Shown piece after piece: positions 34,612 to 49,650 of a stretch of 64,000 nucleotides of DNA (the first letter of the stretch is position 1; every line of letters begins with the position of its first letter). The position numbers were made by a program, and so were the translations under genes. The notes beneath the pieces are model-generated. The model was not told where the DNA came from, made no database searches, and saw only the letters and a program-made list of their open reading frames with translations. Origin of the DNA: Squalus acanthias (Eukaryota); NCBI GenBank assembly GCA_030390025.1, contig CM059432.1, positions 120,902,001 to 120,966,000 on the forward strand, in the 5' to 3' direction.

Positions 34612-36937
34612 CATAGGCAATGGCTAACATTTAAGGAACGAATGCATGAATTGTAACAGTTATAGTTTCCTTTCTGGCGCAAAAACACTTGATAGAATTC
34701 TTCATTAAGATGGAAAGTGAAAAAGTCCGATCCGAAACTAGGGTCCTAAATCTAAACAAAGGAAACTACAAAGGTATGAGGAGTGAGTTGGCTATGAGAT
34801 TGGGGAGCTTCATTAAAAGGCATGACGGTGGATAGGCAATGGCTAACATTTAAGGAACGAATGCATGAATTGCAACTGTTGAACATTCCTTTCTGGCACA
34901 AAGACACAAAAAGGAAAAGCGGCCCAACCATGGCTAACAAAATCAATTAAGGATAGTATTAGATCCAAAGAGGAGTCATATAAAGTTGCCAGAAAAAGTA
35001 GCAAGCCTGAGGATTGGGAGCAGTTTAGAGTTCAGCAAAATTGGACCAAGAGATTGATTAAGAGGGGAAAAATAGAGTATGAGAGTAAACTGGCAAGGAA
35101 CAGAAAAGCAGATGGTAAAAGGTTCTAAAAGTATGTAAAAAGAAAAAGATTAGTGAAAACAAATGTCGGTGCCTTACAGGCGGAGACAGGAGAAATTATA
35201 ATGGGGAATATGGAAATGGCAGAGCAATTAAACAAATACATTGTGTCCTCTTCCATGAAGACAGAACCAAATAACTTCCCAGAAATGCTAGGGAATGAAG
35301 GGTCTAGTGAGAAGGAAGAATTAAAGGCAATTAGTATTAGTAAAAAAAGTGCAGGATAAATAAATGAGACTGAAAGCCAATAAATCCCCAGGGCCTGATA
35401 ATCTGTATCCCAGAGTACTAATAGAGTTAGCCATTGAAATATTGGATGCATTGGTTGTCATCTTCCATAATCTATAGATTATGGAACAGTTCCTGCCGAT
35501 TGGAGGGTGGCAAATGTAACCCCACTATTTTAAAAAGGAGGGAGAGAGAAAACAGGGAACTACAGAACGGATAGCCTAACATCAGTAGTAGGGAAAATAC
35601 TAGAGTCTATTATAAAGGATGTGATAACAGGACACTTAGAAAATATCAACCTGGATTTATGAAAGGGAATTCGTGTTTGACAAACCTTCTGGAGTTTTTT
35701 GAGGATGTAATTGGTAGAATAGATAAGGGAGAACCAGTGGATGTGGTTAATTTGGATTTTCAGAAGGCCTTTGATAAAGTCCCACATAAGAGGTTAGTGT
35801 GCAAAATTAAAGCACATGGGATTGGGGGTAATATACTGGCATGGATTGAAAATTGGTTAACAGACAGGAAACAGAGAGTAGAAATAAATGGGTCTTTTTT
35901 GGGGTGACAGGCGGTGACTAGTGGGGTACCGCAGGGATCAGTGCTTGGGCCCCAGCTATTCACAATATATATCAATGATTTGGATGAGGGAACCAAATGT
36001 AATATTTCCAAGTTTGCTGACGACACAAACCTAAGTGCATCCTCCTCACCACTCACAATCCCAAAGAGGCTTCAAGGAGATTTAGACAAGTTGAGTGAGT
36101 GGGCAAATACATGGCAGGTGCAGTATAATGTGGATAAATGTGAAGTTATCCACTTTGGTAGGAAAAACAGAAAGGTAGAGTATTATTTAAATGGTGATAG
36201 GTTGGGAAATGTTGATGTACAAAGGGACCTGGGTGTCCTTGTACACCAGTCACTGAAAGCAAACATGCAGGTGCAGCAAGCAGTTAGGAAGGCAAATGGT
36301 ATGTTGGCCTTCATTGTAAGAGGATTTGAGTACAGGAGCAAGGATGTCTTACTACAGTTGTACAGGGCCTTGGTGAGACCACACCTGGAGTACTGTGTGC
36401 AGTTTTGGTCTCCTTACCCAAGAAAGGATATACTTATCATAGAGGGAGTGCAGCGAAGGTTCATCAGACTGATTCCTGGGATGGCAGGACTGCCATATGA
36501 GGAGAGATTGGGTCAACTAGGCCTGTCTTCACTAGAGTTTAGAAGAATGAGAGGGGATCTCATTGAAATGTATAAAATTCTGACAGGTCCAGATAGACTG
36601 GATGCAGGGAGGATGTTTCCCCTGCCTGGAGGGTCTAGAACGAGGGGTCATAGTCTCAGGCTACAGGGTAGAACATTTAGGACTGAGATGAGGAGAACTT
36701 TCTTCACTCAGGAGGGTGGTGAACCTGTGGCATTCTCTACTACAGAAGGCTGTGGAGGCCAAGTCACTGAATATATTTAAGAAGGAGATAGATAGATTTC
36801 TAGACACTAAAGGCATCAAGGGGTATGGGGAGAGAGCGGGAATATGGTATTGAGATAGAGGATCAGCCATGATCATATTGAATGGCACAGCAGGCTCTAA
36901 GGGCCTAATCCTGCTCCTATTTTTCTATGTTTCTATG
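34612..36937 (+). mobile_element. CR1 LINE, 5' truncated
   Basis: [39 protein letters not shown]; (tttctatg)n tail. Flanked on both sides by units of a ~60-bp repeat (ctccaggaccagtgtgtatctgag). Confidence 0.92.
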
Positions 36938-37235
36938 TATCTGAGTCAATGGAACATGCTGACCTTTCTCCCCAGCCTATCTCCAGGACCAGTGTGTATC
37001 TGAGTCAATGGGCCTCTCCCTTTCTCTCCCTGACTGAGTGGCGGGCTGTGTCTGCAATTCGCTGCAAGCTGTAAAGTCTGGCTGTGTGGGGCGGGGCAGG
37101 AAGGTTTCTAGCTACAAGTGAGGCATCTTAATCAGAATATTCAACAATCACAACCGGCATTAACTGTGGCTCAGTGCGGGAACTCACGGAGGGAACTGTC
37201 CCCGTGTTGGAGAGCGAGAGACAACAAGAGGATGA

Positions 37236-40200
37236 CATACATAGGATTACATAGGATATACAGGCGCAGTAACAGGCCATTCGGCCCAAACAGGGCACGC
37301 CGGCTTTTATGCTCCTCTCGAGCCTCCTCCTGCCTTTCCGCATCAAAATCTATCAGCATAATCCTCTATTCCCTTCTCCCTCATATGCTTGTCTAGCCTC
37401 CCCTTAAATGCACCTATACTATTCGCTTCAACCACTCCCTGTGGTAGCGAGTTCCACATTCTCACCCCTCTTTGGGTAAAGAAGTTTCTTCTTAATTCCA
37501 TGTTGGGTTGCTTGGTGACTATCTTATATATTGATGGCCTCTAGTTATGCTCCTCCCAACAGAGTGGATACAGAGAGAATGTTTCCACTTATCAAAAGCT
37601 TTCATAATTTTAAATAACTCTATTGGGTTACCCCTCAGCCTTTTTTCAAGGGAAAAGAGACCCTGTTCATCCTTTCCAGATATGTATACACTCGCATTTC
37701 TGGTATCATCCTTGTAAATCATCTTTGCACCCTCTCCAGTGCCTCTATATCTGTTTTATAATATGGCACCCAGAACTGCACGCAGTACTCTAAGTGTGGT
37801 CTAACCAAGGTTCGATACAGGTTTAGCATAACTTCCCTACTTTTAATTCTATACCTCTAGAAATAAACCCTAGTTCTTGGTTTGCTTTTTTTAAGGCCTT
37901 GCTAACCTGTGTCGCAACTTCTAGTGATTTGTGTATTTGTACTCCTAGATCCCTTTGTTCCTCTACCCCATCTAGACTCACACCCTCCAAGTGATGTGAC
38001 CTCCCTATTCTTCCTGCCAAAATGTAATACCTCACATTTGTGTGTGTTGAACTTCATTTGCCAATTATATGCCCATTCAGCAAGTTTATTAATGTCCTCC
38101 TGTATCTTGTTGCAGTCCTCCTCAGTATTGACTACCCCCCCAATTTGGTATCATTCGCAAATTTAGAAATTGTGTTTTTGATTCCTAAGTCTAAATCATT
38201 AATGTAAATTGTGAACAGCAGTAATCCCAGCACTGATCCTTGTAGAACACCACTACCCACCTTCTGCCACTGTGAATAGCTACCCTTTACTCCTATTCTC
38301 TGCTTTCTGTCCTGAAGCCAGCCAGCAATCCATTCTGCTACTTGTCCCCTGACTCCGCATTCGCTGACCTTGTTCATCAGTCTATTATGGGGTACCTTAT
38401 CGAAGGCCTTTTGAAAATCCAGATAAATTACATCTACTGAATTTCCATTGTCTACTCTCTCGGTTACCTCTCCAAAAAATTCAATAAGGTTGGTCAAGCA
38501 AGACTGTCCCTTTTGAAATCCATGTTGAATATTCATAATTATTATTTTTGGTTTCTAGATGTTCTTCTATTTTCTCCTTTAGTAGGGATTCCATTATTTT
38601 TCCTACCACCGATGTTAAGCTGACTGGTCTATAATTCCCTGGACATGTTCTATCTCCCTTCTTAAATATTGGTATTATGTTAGCTATCCGCCAGTCCTCT
38701 GGCTCTATACCTTTTTCTAACGAATTATTAAATATGTGTAATAATGCCTCTGCTATCTCTTCCCTAGATTCTTTTAAAATGCGTGGATAGAATCCATCCG
38801 GACTAGGGATTTTATCCTGAGTTTGATTAATTTATTTAATATATAACCTTTATTATTTTAAATGCACTTATGTCATTACTAATCTTATCATCCAATGTCA
38901 TGTCCACCTGTTCTATCTCCCTGGTAAATACTGAAGTAAAATATTTCTGCCATCTCTCTATCGTTACCCGTGGTATTGTCCTGACTATCCCTTAATGGCC
39001 GTATTCCCATCCCAACCTTCTATTTTCTATTGATGTGCCTTTAAAATATTTTACTATTTTGTTTTATGGTCCCTGATAATTTAATTTCATAGTTCCTATT
39101 TGCCTCCCGAATTGTTTTTTTGACTTCTCTCCTAATCTTTTCATATTCTCTCTTATCATGCACTCCCCTGCTGTCTATGTATTTAATGTATGCCTCTTTC
39201 CTTACCCTCAATTGTGCCCTTACGGCTTTATTCATCCATGGCGTCTCATTATTGTTCAATCTGTTCTTTCCTTTTAGCGGAATATATTTTTCCTGCACTC
39301 TGTTGAAAACCATTTCAAATGTTTCCCATTAATGTTTCCAATTGCTATTCTGCATCGTTGCTTGCAAATATTGTTGCCCATTTTTGTTTCCCAAGTTCTA
39401 TTCTCAGCCCCTCAAAATCAACTTTTCCCCAATCTATTAACCTGGTTTTCATCATACTTGTGTCCTTCTCAATTATCATCTTAAAGCATATTACATTATG
39501 GTCACTATTGCCTATATGTTCCCCTACCTTTACTTCTCTTATCTCCTCTGGTTCATTCCCCATTACTCGATGCAATATCGAATCCTCCCTTGTTAGGCTT
39601 TTTACACATTGTCTACAGGACTCCTTTCTAAACCATTGTAGGAACTCCATTCCCTTATCCCCTTTACCTACCTCTTCTGTCCAATTATCATAGTAGCTGA
39701 AATCCCCCATGTTTATTATTCTATGTTTTTTACTCATTTCCCTAATTTGTCTGCATATTTCTTCCTCCACCTCCCTTCCACTATTAGGTGGTCTGTAGAC
39801 TACGCCTATTAGTGTGATTGATCCTTTATTATCTTATCTCTATCCATATGGATTCTATTTTGTCTTGCTGATATCTGCGTCACTTTTTTCTACTGCCATT
39901 ATGTTATCCCTAATAAGTACAGATACTCCACCACCAGGCCCGCCCCCCCCCCCCCACCCCGCTTTATCCCTCTCTCTTTTCTAAATATGTTATACCCTGC
40001 AATGTTTAATTCCCAGTCCTGATTTTTCTGTAGCCATGTCTCAGTAATCCCTATTATGTCTGATTCCTTGCGACGTATGATTGCCTCCAGCTCCCCTGTT
40101 TTATTATTACGGACACTGTGTGCATTGCTGTACAGATAGTTTAATTCATTTTTAATAGGATTTCCTCTCACTTTATGCTTAATCATCTTACTAAAACAAA
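37236..40200 (-). mobile_element. CR1 LINE ORF2, same subfamily as 1223-3916
   Basis: Long near-identical blocks shared with 1223-3916, including the (acataggatt) tail; EN and RT motifs present. Confidence 0.92.
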
Positions 40201-42602
40201 CCGAGTCTCTCGTCATAGCTCAGTCCCTTCATCTCAGCTCTCACCCTGAACAATTCCAGCCGGACTCCCTCCAGAGCCAATCTGTCCTTCCTGGGACAGG
40301 CGTCCCAAGCTCAACACACCGAGTTCCAGCTCACTGAACAACTGCAGTGACCTCGACTGCCACACTCAGAAACAAATTGAAACTGCCCAAACTAATTTTA
40401 CATAAAACCCTTTATAAACCAAAGAGATTTTCATTTCACCAGTCTGGGTTGGATTTCAACCCCGCGAGCAGATGCAAGAGATCACAGTCCATCCCACTGC
40501 ACCACCCAATCCAATGATTCAGGAGATTTTTGCTTGAAGTAGATAACCAACCAGTGATGAAATGCTAAGCTAAAATAGCAACAGGGATCATGAAGGGTGG
40601 AACCATGAGCACAAGTAAATGGAGCCTAAATTGAACATCAGTGCGCCCATTTTATGGACCTAAAATGGGCAGAATAATAACCAATTTATCAGGGTCAAGG
40701 CCTGTGCCCGAGCTGCATGGGCATTTGAACCCCTGCTAACTTGGTTGTGGTCTTTTTCTAGGTGGCCCTGGCAGCTGCCTTAAATAAGCACAGGCTTCAT
40801 TTCAATATTGATGCAATAAAGGGTGATCTTCTGAGGTTGTGACTGAGGTACATTGTTGGTGCAGCATAGAGGCAGATCTACTCTCTTACCGGCCATGCTA
40901 TACCTGACCTGAGGGTGCTCAACACTGGGAAAAGGTTGCATTTCTTAGCAGTAATATCCCTCACCTTGATGGGTACAAAAAACATTTTATAAATATATAT
41001 ATTGTATATATAATATATTATACGTAAATGTATATACATTTATCTTTTGTTTCAGATTTTTCATGGGTCAATCCTGTTGCCACAGAGACAGTGGGTGCTT
41101 ATGCATCACTAATACCTGAAACAACTACTACGACAGCAAGTGGTTTGGTTTCCCGCTTGGCAGGTGTTATTGATGTTTGGCAGAAAGTCAGTTGCGATAT
41201 CATTCATTATAGATATTAATCCATCTGTGGTAAATGTAGCTATCTTATCTCACAAAGATTGCACTGATCCAAATTGATGACAATAACAAGCCAAAATAAG
41301 TTGCTTGACTTTTCCTGAAATGATTTGACATTGGTGGTAAGTTGCAGCATATTAAAAGGGCAAAGGCAAGTGAGAAAACCACAGGTCGATCCCTTTGTGA
41401 AAGAAGTCCTTAAACAAGATGCAGCCATATGAGAAAATTCAAGATCTTAATTATAGGATAGAATGACAAAATAATAATTCAGTGCAATTTTTAATCGCAC
41501 ATTTCAGCAGAACACATTTTAAATATTTAGGCCCAGTTGGGTCTGAATACCTACAAGAGAACCTGAAAGTATTCTTGGAATTTACTTGGGAGAAATAAAG
41601 TAATACTAATATGCAAGGCTCCCAGGAATTATTTAGTTCAAGCTGACTGGCAAAACTTGAGTTTCTTTTTAACCTCCGTTTGCATCTCCTGAGTGTAGTA
41701 TGTTACCAATGAGAAATTACCAAAAGAAATTCAAGGCATCACCATAATTCTTCCATTCTGAAGAGCTGTACCACACACGACAAGGTTTTACAGGATGATT
41801 ATCTCCCTCTAATAGTACAGTGAGATTTAAGACTATTTTTAAAAATTGATTCTCGGGATGTGGGCGTCATGCGTAAGGCCAGCATTTATTGTCCATCCCT
41901 AGTTGCCGTTGAGATGGTGGTGGTGGGCCTTCTTCTTGAACCGTTGCAGCTGAAGATCTCTTTTAATGTTGCTAAGGTGATTTCTGTAGGTTTGACCAGC
42001 CCTAAAATATATCCGCCCCTTGTAAGCATTCTTTAGCCTTGGAAGAAGTTACTAAAAAAAAACAAAATATTCCAAAGAAATAGGGTCGGTCAAAACTGAT
42101 TGCAGTGGATAACCTACGGTGGGTGATGTCATGTAAAAAGGCCATTGATTAATTTACTTCATCATCAAGAACAGATGGCATGCAAAAAAAAGTAAGCAAC
42201 TCCAGTTATGATGATCTGAAGTAACGATAATTTGGTAAGGGCACAAACCAGCAATATAAACCAAACATCTGTTGTATAACATTTATTAGTATCCCTAAAT
42301 AAAAATGTCTAATTAAAAAAAAACACATGTTATGCTGCTGAACTCCTGCTGATAAAAACCTTCCACTTCCACAGGTGTTGTCATATGATGTTCTATAGAT
42401 ACTGGTTCAATGGCAGAATCTACAATACACTGGGGAAGACTGGATTAACCTCATTATTGCTGGTTCAGTACACTGAAACACGAAGAAAACTTCACTATAT
42501 TAGCAAAACAAACCAAACACAGAAGCACACAAACAGTGTGCTGTGTGTAAAATAAAGTAAGGGTGCGGGAGGTTTTTGCGCTATGCTAGGTGCTGGAGAC
42601 AA

Positions 42603-44150
42603 TGGCTGGGATTTTCCCTACCTTGGTGGGTTCAGTGCGGGTGATGTCGGTGGCGGGTCTCAACCCCACTGCTGGCTCCATCTTGCTGTCTAAAATGAAC
42701 TTACGTTAATAGGGTTTGTTAAGCCCACCCAGCGCATTTCCCGGTTCAATTAGAGGAAGTGGGTCTGGTGACGTCATTCATGACGTGTCATCAGTCGGTT
42801 TCCTTAAAGGGACCATGGCCACCTTACTTTTGACATTTGTGCTGTCAGTGTTCTACAGCATTGAGGTGCTGCAATCACTGACAATGACTGCACAAAGGCA
42901 CAGGGCTGCACCCAGGTGTCCATGACTCCCTCCATATGCTTCTATGGGCGGAGGAGACCTCCCCAGGAGAGCAACACAGCCTGGTTGCACATTGCACAGG
43001 AGGCCACAAGCAGGGATGTCATCAGGAGGAGCTGGGTTCAGTGGTGCAAACCTTTCAATGATCTCAGAAGATATCGAAACGTTAGTACAAAGCCACACTC
43101 ACCTTCATCCTCCTGTGCCTCTCATCACATCCCCATCACTCTGCCTTCCCTTCCCTACTCCTGCACATCCTTACTCACACCAACATACGTTGCACCTCCA
43201 CCCATCCCTCTCTCTCTATCTACATTATCACATCCCCATCTCACTAGCCACCCCTCACACTCACCCTCATCCTAGTGCAAGCAAACCAACTAACAACACA
43301 CAAGGGTAGCCACTTGGGTGTTTTATCCAATGTTTATGAAAAGTTTGTATTAATGTGCTGCCAAACATTGAAATCTTTATTTTCAACACTTTGCGTTCTT
43401 GGACAGATTTGTGTGCACCTTTGCAACTGGCTTAGTGAGTTGCAGTGAATGGTGAGACATAATGGTACCCCCTGCAATGGTGGTGAGTGTGAAAGGAATG
43501 GCTTGGTCATTGTTGGGATGCTTTATGGTGTTGGTGTGGGGTGGTGCCAACCTGGCGCATCATGTGGCAGCCAGGGTTTGCAGCATCAAATGAGGTAAAT
43601 CTAGCCATGATGAGGCCATCCCTGGCATCCCGGGCAGCAATGTGGTCGGGTGCTGATGCCCTCTGTCCTGTGCAGCATCAGGTGATTGCGGAGAAGGTTT
43701 GTGTTGTTGTTGTTGCTGCTGATGTGCCTGGTGCTGCTGGTGTTGGGGCTCATCGTGGTATGATTCTGAGGACCAAGGTGAGACAGTATAAAGGGCACCC
43801 ATGTTGATGGAATAGATTGCAGGTGAAGTAGAGATGAGAGAAACATTCTGTCAATGGTGAGAGAATTCTTCCAATGAGTGAGAGTGGATGGAGAGTGGAA
43901 AGTGGAAAGCCTGCAGAATCTGTGCTGGAACTGGACTGAGAACAGCTTGTGGCTGAGGAAAGTGATGATCTGTCAGGTGGGAGCTTTTACTGTACATTTG
44001 AAGCTGTCAAGTAATCAGCTGGCGCAATGGCCACTGAACTCCCGTCTCAGATTGGCAGACGTGGTCCTCGAACAGCGTGGTTCCCATGGCCATGAAGTTA
44101 AAGTTAAAAAGTAAGTTAAAAAAGCATGTTAAGGATCTGTTAAAATCCTC
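42603..44150 (+). mobile_element. Decayed PIF/Harbinger derivative (Myb/SANT remnant on +, transposase remnants on -)
   Basis: TIR-like tggctgggatttt start; RRSWVQWCKPFNDLRR Myb remnant; Gln-rich N-terminal and C-terminal transposase remnants like those at 46136-46350. Confidence 0.7.
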
Positions 44151-45604
44151 TATTCTATTCTCACACATTGGTTAACTTACGCATTTTAAAGCAGTTTTTT
44201 TAAACAAAGTCAAAATCCTAACTTACAAACAGCAGATAGCTAGCCTGGAAACAAGATTATATATATCCGTCACAGTGCAGAATGCTATAACATCCACAGA
44301 GAACCAAAACACCAGCAGATTTTAAGCATCGATCTAGTTATTCTAATATTAGTCTGAAGACACTTTTGTCTCAAGTTCTAATACAGTCATGTAAACACAG
44401 TCTTATTCGCGTCACAGTTTCATTCACATAACCCCATATATTTTGGATACCCTAATTTCTAATACATGGTTCAGATAATGTACTGCAAAAAACTGGTGGG
44501 TTAAATTCACAATTTGCAAACCAATCAACATCATTTCAATACAAAACACTTCATCCAGCATGGTACAAATCAATCTTTATTCAAAAACCAATTTAATAAA
44601 ATATTTAAAGGGGTGATAAACAGAAGGCTGAAACTAGTGTTATTTTAATCCTTTATCAAAGGTCTGAAGCATGATCCTGTGCATTATAGGTCCATTGTCT
44701 TGACATCTACATTGGATGAAATATTGGAGTCATTCAGAACAGAAACAATTCAAGAGTATAAATAAAAGTAATAACTCCATGTCAGCACAGTTTTATGAGT
44801 TTATGAAAGATATGTCAAATCTGATGAATTCATTGGAATAGCTTTGAGGATGCAACAGAGTTAATAGATGACAGTAATGAGGTTAATTTAATGTATCTTG
44901 ATTTTCAGAAGGCCTTTATAAGCTCCCCCACAAGAGGTTTTGTAGTTATAATAAGAGCTCATGGGTTCAAGGATCAGACTCAGCATTAGATAGTAAATTG
45001 GCTGGAAATGAAAAAGTAATTATCCATAAAAATAGTCAAAATGAATAGCAGTTCCCCCAGCGATAGATGACAATATGAAAACAAAACTTTATGGGGAAAC
45101 AATAAGGCCGTTAGGCTAAACAAGCTTGGCCCTTTCTCATACATCAACCCTACCCACCTTCTCACCATATCCCATAATCTCTTCTCTCTAAAAACGTTAT
45201 CTTACTTCCCTTCTTACTCCTAAATTCCTCATTTTTAATGTGCGCTACCTAGTATTTGAATCCTTCACAACAGTGAACGATTTGCCTGGATCCATTTTGT
45301 TAGTTTGTATCACAGACTTGAGCACTTCAATTAACTGCTCCCACCCCCTCCAACAGCTTGACAGGCTTATTCAGCTGTACAGACCAGGTTGGTCTCAGGT
45401 TTTACTCCCTTTTTGCAGCCCAATGATGGTCGGGGTGAGACAATTGACCACAGTGTCCCTGGGTTAGGTAGAGGAAACTCGGTCAGAGATCCCACTCTTG
45501 ACTGTTATCCATTGACCCCCTGCTTGGAGTTCTCATGTGTGGACTTAGATGAGGACAGGATCCCCTCAGCTCTTTCCTCTGGGCGAACTGTTTAGTGACA
45601 CTCA

Positions 45605-48289
45605 GGGCTCGATTTTGCCAGGCCCGAGGAGGCGGGATTGGAGGCGTGTGAGGTGGTAAAATCGCAACAAATGGTGGGCGGGCCCGATCCCGCCTCCGTC
45701 CCACCTCCGAGCAATTTTCTCAAATGCGTGTTTTCTGACCCCGTTTCCATCCCGCCTCCAAGAGGCGGGATAGGCCCTTAAGGCCCTTAACAACCAGTTA
45801 AGTGCCTCTATAATCCCATTTTTTGAGAGGCCTTTCTGATTTTACCACTTTTCCCACGTCCTGCACGTCTCCTCTGGAACACGCCAGTGAATCCTGGCGG
45901 CCTCACAAGTGGACTGCTTACTAACAGCTGCAGCTCCACCATTAAAAAGGAGTTTTCAGCAATCATCATTTGCAGGTGGCAGAACTTTGTTCTCTGAGGT
46001 CTGGGGAACTTTTAGCAGGCATACCCATTGTTGTGGAAGTTTGGAGCCTGACACCCATCTCCAGTGTGACCTCCTGGGAAACCCCTCTCGCCACCTTGAC
46101 TGAGCGCTTCCTCAACTGAGGCATATACCAGAAGCATGGGAACCATTTTTTTCCTTTCCTCCTGGGCATCAGATTCGGACGAAGACCAGCCGTGGCAGCA
46201 GCAGAACCATGAACAACAGCAGCACCAACAACAGCAGCAACAACAGGAGCACCAAGCTGCTGCTCACCCACCTGAAGCTGCACAGGCCAGAAGGCGCCAG
46301 CGCGCGACCACATTGCTGCCCGGGATGCAAGGGACACACTCATCTTGGCCAGATTTGCTTAGCCTGCACAATCAAACACTTTTGCCTCGCACCTTCTTAT
46401 CAGACCATCGACAATGGCCAAGAACCTACGGATTCCTATCACTCTGACCACCATACTAACAATTGCAAGTCGCCCTAAGCCCTCAATGCGGAAGTCCCAT
46501 TAGCGAAATGACACACGCCACAACTGCAACAGTTTGCCATCAGATTTTTTTATGCCAATAAGCAACTGATGGCTTTTCAAAATTAAACACAACATTACAC
46601 CCAAGTGACTACAGTAGCCAGCCTTACCATGGAGGTAGCCATCCTTTCCAAGGAGGTTGCCATCCTTTCCGTGGTGATGCATTCATGCGCCAACGCCTCC
46701 ACAAAGGCTCTGCTCATGTTAGCGATGGACTCCTCCATTTGCTCCACACTCACAGCGACCCTGGAGACAAAACCCGCCAGAGACTCCTGCACCTGTTCCT
46801 GGAGTTCCAGCACCGCTCTCCTTCTGGATGGACCCGGAGGCACAGGGTCGACATGCAGCGGAGCCAAACTGGGAGCGTCCTCTCCACTGCGACGAGGACT
46901 CTCCACTGCTGTCCCTGTCTCCACCATCTGCTGATGCTCACTTGTGAGCTGTGATACACCAGGTGACAACTCCACTCTATGTCCCGAAGGTCCCACCGAG
47001 GTGTGAGTGTCTGCGCTGGTGCTGGATGCGCTGAATTCTGCTGACGGAGCGCCCTCAGAAGTTGCAGCTTCCTCTGAGGAGTCTGGAAGCTCAGGCTCTT
47101 CCTCCTGGACAGTGGGGACGGGGGCTCTCGATGGTCCTGTGGGGGAGTAAAGGAAAGAGTTAGAGATGTGAGGTAAAGGTTGCATGCACATCGAATTGTG
47201 CAGATAATCATAAGTCAATCTGTTAGAGCATCAGAATCATTATCAGTCACTCATGCAATGTCAATGAGAGAGATGCCAAACTATTCTGTCACCAGCTTGC
47301 TGTGATCCGCCCGCGTGTCCGTCCCCCACTTGGGAATCCTCCTCGATCCCGGCAATTTCCAGGGCCGCCTCCTCCGAGGTGGTGAGCTGGGCTACTGAGG
47401 GTGGCCCTCCTCCTGTCCTCGCTCTTTCCCTCTTATTGTGGGCTCTCTTTTCCTGCAATGAGGGAGACAAGTGGAGTTTGAGTGAGAATGAAGGAGTGAG
47501 TGTAGAGAATCCATAGCATAGATGCTTAGAAGGAGACAAAGGGCCCTCCCTGTGTGTTGTAAGTTGTTGTCATTGCGTCACAGTGATAGGGAGTGTGAGG
47601 GCTGCATGGTTGAATAGTTAAGTGAATGTGACCATGGAAAGAGAGTGAATGGGTAAGGGTGCAGGGATGTCAGTGTCAAGTGGGATGTGGAGGAAGAGGT
47701 TGGCAAAGCAGAGTGCTGGTGAGGAGAGGCGATGGGGATGAGATTGAGGGTGATGAGAAAGTCATACTCACTTTTCCTGTGCGGAGAAGGTCATGAAACC
47801 TCTTCCTTTACTGCAGCCAGGTTCTGCGGCACATAGAGATGGCATTGACCTCCTGGGTCACTTGCAGCCACACAGCTTTAGTCTGTTGTGGTGGCTTTTT
47901 TCTCCCTGAGGAAGGGAAGAGCACTTCCTTATTAGATCTTGCTCCCTGCACCAGAGCTTGGAGGGAGGGCTCATCAAAGCGAGGTGCACACTTTTGCTTG
48001 CTGGTGGACATGGTCGGTAAATGAAGTCCTTCATACAATGTCCAAAGCGTTTCCAGTCTCCAGAAGAAGCAAGGCTGCTTGCAGGCTAAATCCAGCAGCA
48101 CTGATGACGTCATCGGAGGCGACTTTCAGGATGGAAAGATTAATTGGGCCAGGGGTTCCCACACGCTGGAAATCAAGTGCCCAATTAGGGGAAAATCGCA
48201 CTTTTTTCCCACTTCACATCGGAGTCGGGGTCCTGACACGAAAACCACCTGACACGCCCCAGCCCGACCCCAATGGCAAAATCGAGCCC
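45605..48289 (-). mobile_element. Internally deleted Harbinger element (Myb/SANT exons retained on -, transposase core deleted)
   Basis: TIRs GGGCTCGATTTTGCCA / TGGCAAAATCGAGCCC, TCA TSD; APRFDEPSLQALVQG and EKRAHNKRERARTGGG exons. Confidence 0.9.
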
Positions 48290-48974
48290 TCAGTGTCAAG
48301 ATCCATACATGAATATTGGCCATTTAGTTCAGATACCAGAGGTAAACCAGCGGCACTGAAAGCCTTCAGAAGAGGGGAGGGGAAGAAATTAGAGGAAAGC
48401 TTCTTTAATTGGAACACCTGAAAGAAAACAAGACCAACTTTAAGAAAAAATTATAGAGACAAGCTAAAGTGAAAGACGAAGGCCCATAGTGGAGGAGACC
48501 ATTGAAGTTGTAAAGTGAAACAGAGAGGACATGGTCAATGAGGAAGTAATGTTTAGGTGACACCAAACTTGGGTTTTAAAAGCCTGAAAACTGTAAGAAA
48601 AAGGAAAATAGATTTTAGATCTTGATAAAGCTCTGATAAACGATTATTTAGCAAATGAAATTCAAACTGATATTCATGATTTAAATTTACATGGCATTTA
48701 ATATCCAATTACTGGAAAAAAAACTGAAAGGTACATTCGTTTTGACGAAACAATATAAGCACATTCTCTAATGACTAAAGTATTACAGCTTCTTAATATG
48801 TTTGGTTAATGAAGAGGTTGCCTTCTGTTGCCTAGGCCCTAAGCGATGTGGATCGGTGTCAAATTTTTTGTCTTAAAATACTCCTGTGCAGCGCCTTGGG
48901 ATGTCTTACTACGTTAAAGGCGCTATATAAATACAAGTTGTTGTTGTTCATCTTCTTCTTCAAATGTCCCACGA

Positions 48975-49650
48975 AATTACATCGAATCTACAGCACAGAA
49001 AAAGACCATTCGGCCCAACTGGTCTCTGCAGGTGTTTATACTCCAGATAAGCCTCCTCCCACTATAACTGACTCATCCCACACTATCTCCATATTGCTCT
49101 ATTCCCTTCTCCCTTATGTAACCATCAAGCCACCCTTTAAATGTATCAATGCTGTCTGCTTCAGCCCCTCCATGTGGCAGCGAGTTCCACATTCTCACCA
49201 CGCTGTGTAAAAAAATTTCTCCCAAGTTTTTTATTTGATCTGTTAGTGACTATATTATTATTATGCGCCCTTGTTCTGAACTCACACACAACTGGAATCA
49301 ATTTCACATCATCCACCCTATCGAACCCTTTCATAATTTTAATGACCTCTATCAGCTCTCCACTTAGTCTTCTCTTTACCAGAGAAAGGAGCCCCAAACT
49401 GCTCAGTCTCTTCTGACAGTTGCATCCTCTCAATTGTGCAAAAATCTTTGCTAATCTTTTCTGCACTTTTTCCAATGCTTCAATATCTTTTTTAGTATGG
49501 AGGCAAGAACTGTGCACAATACTTCAAGCGTGGTCTAAACAAGGTTCTATATAGATTTAACATGACCTCTCTGCTTTGATATCCTATTCCACTATAAATA
49601 AATCCCAATAGTTTGTCTGCACTATTTATGGCCTTATCAACTTGTGTTGC
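48975..49650 (-). mobile_element. Old CR1 3' fragment
   Basis: KDIEALEKVQKR...RNFFTQR ORF fragment. Confidence 0.75.
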
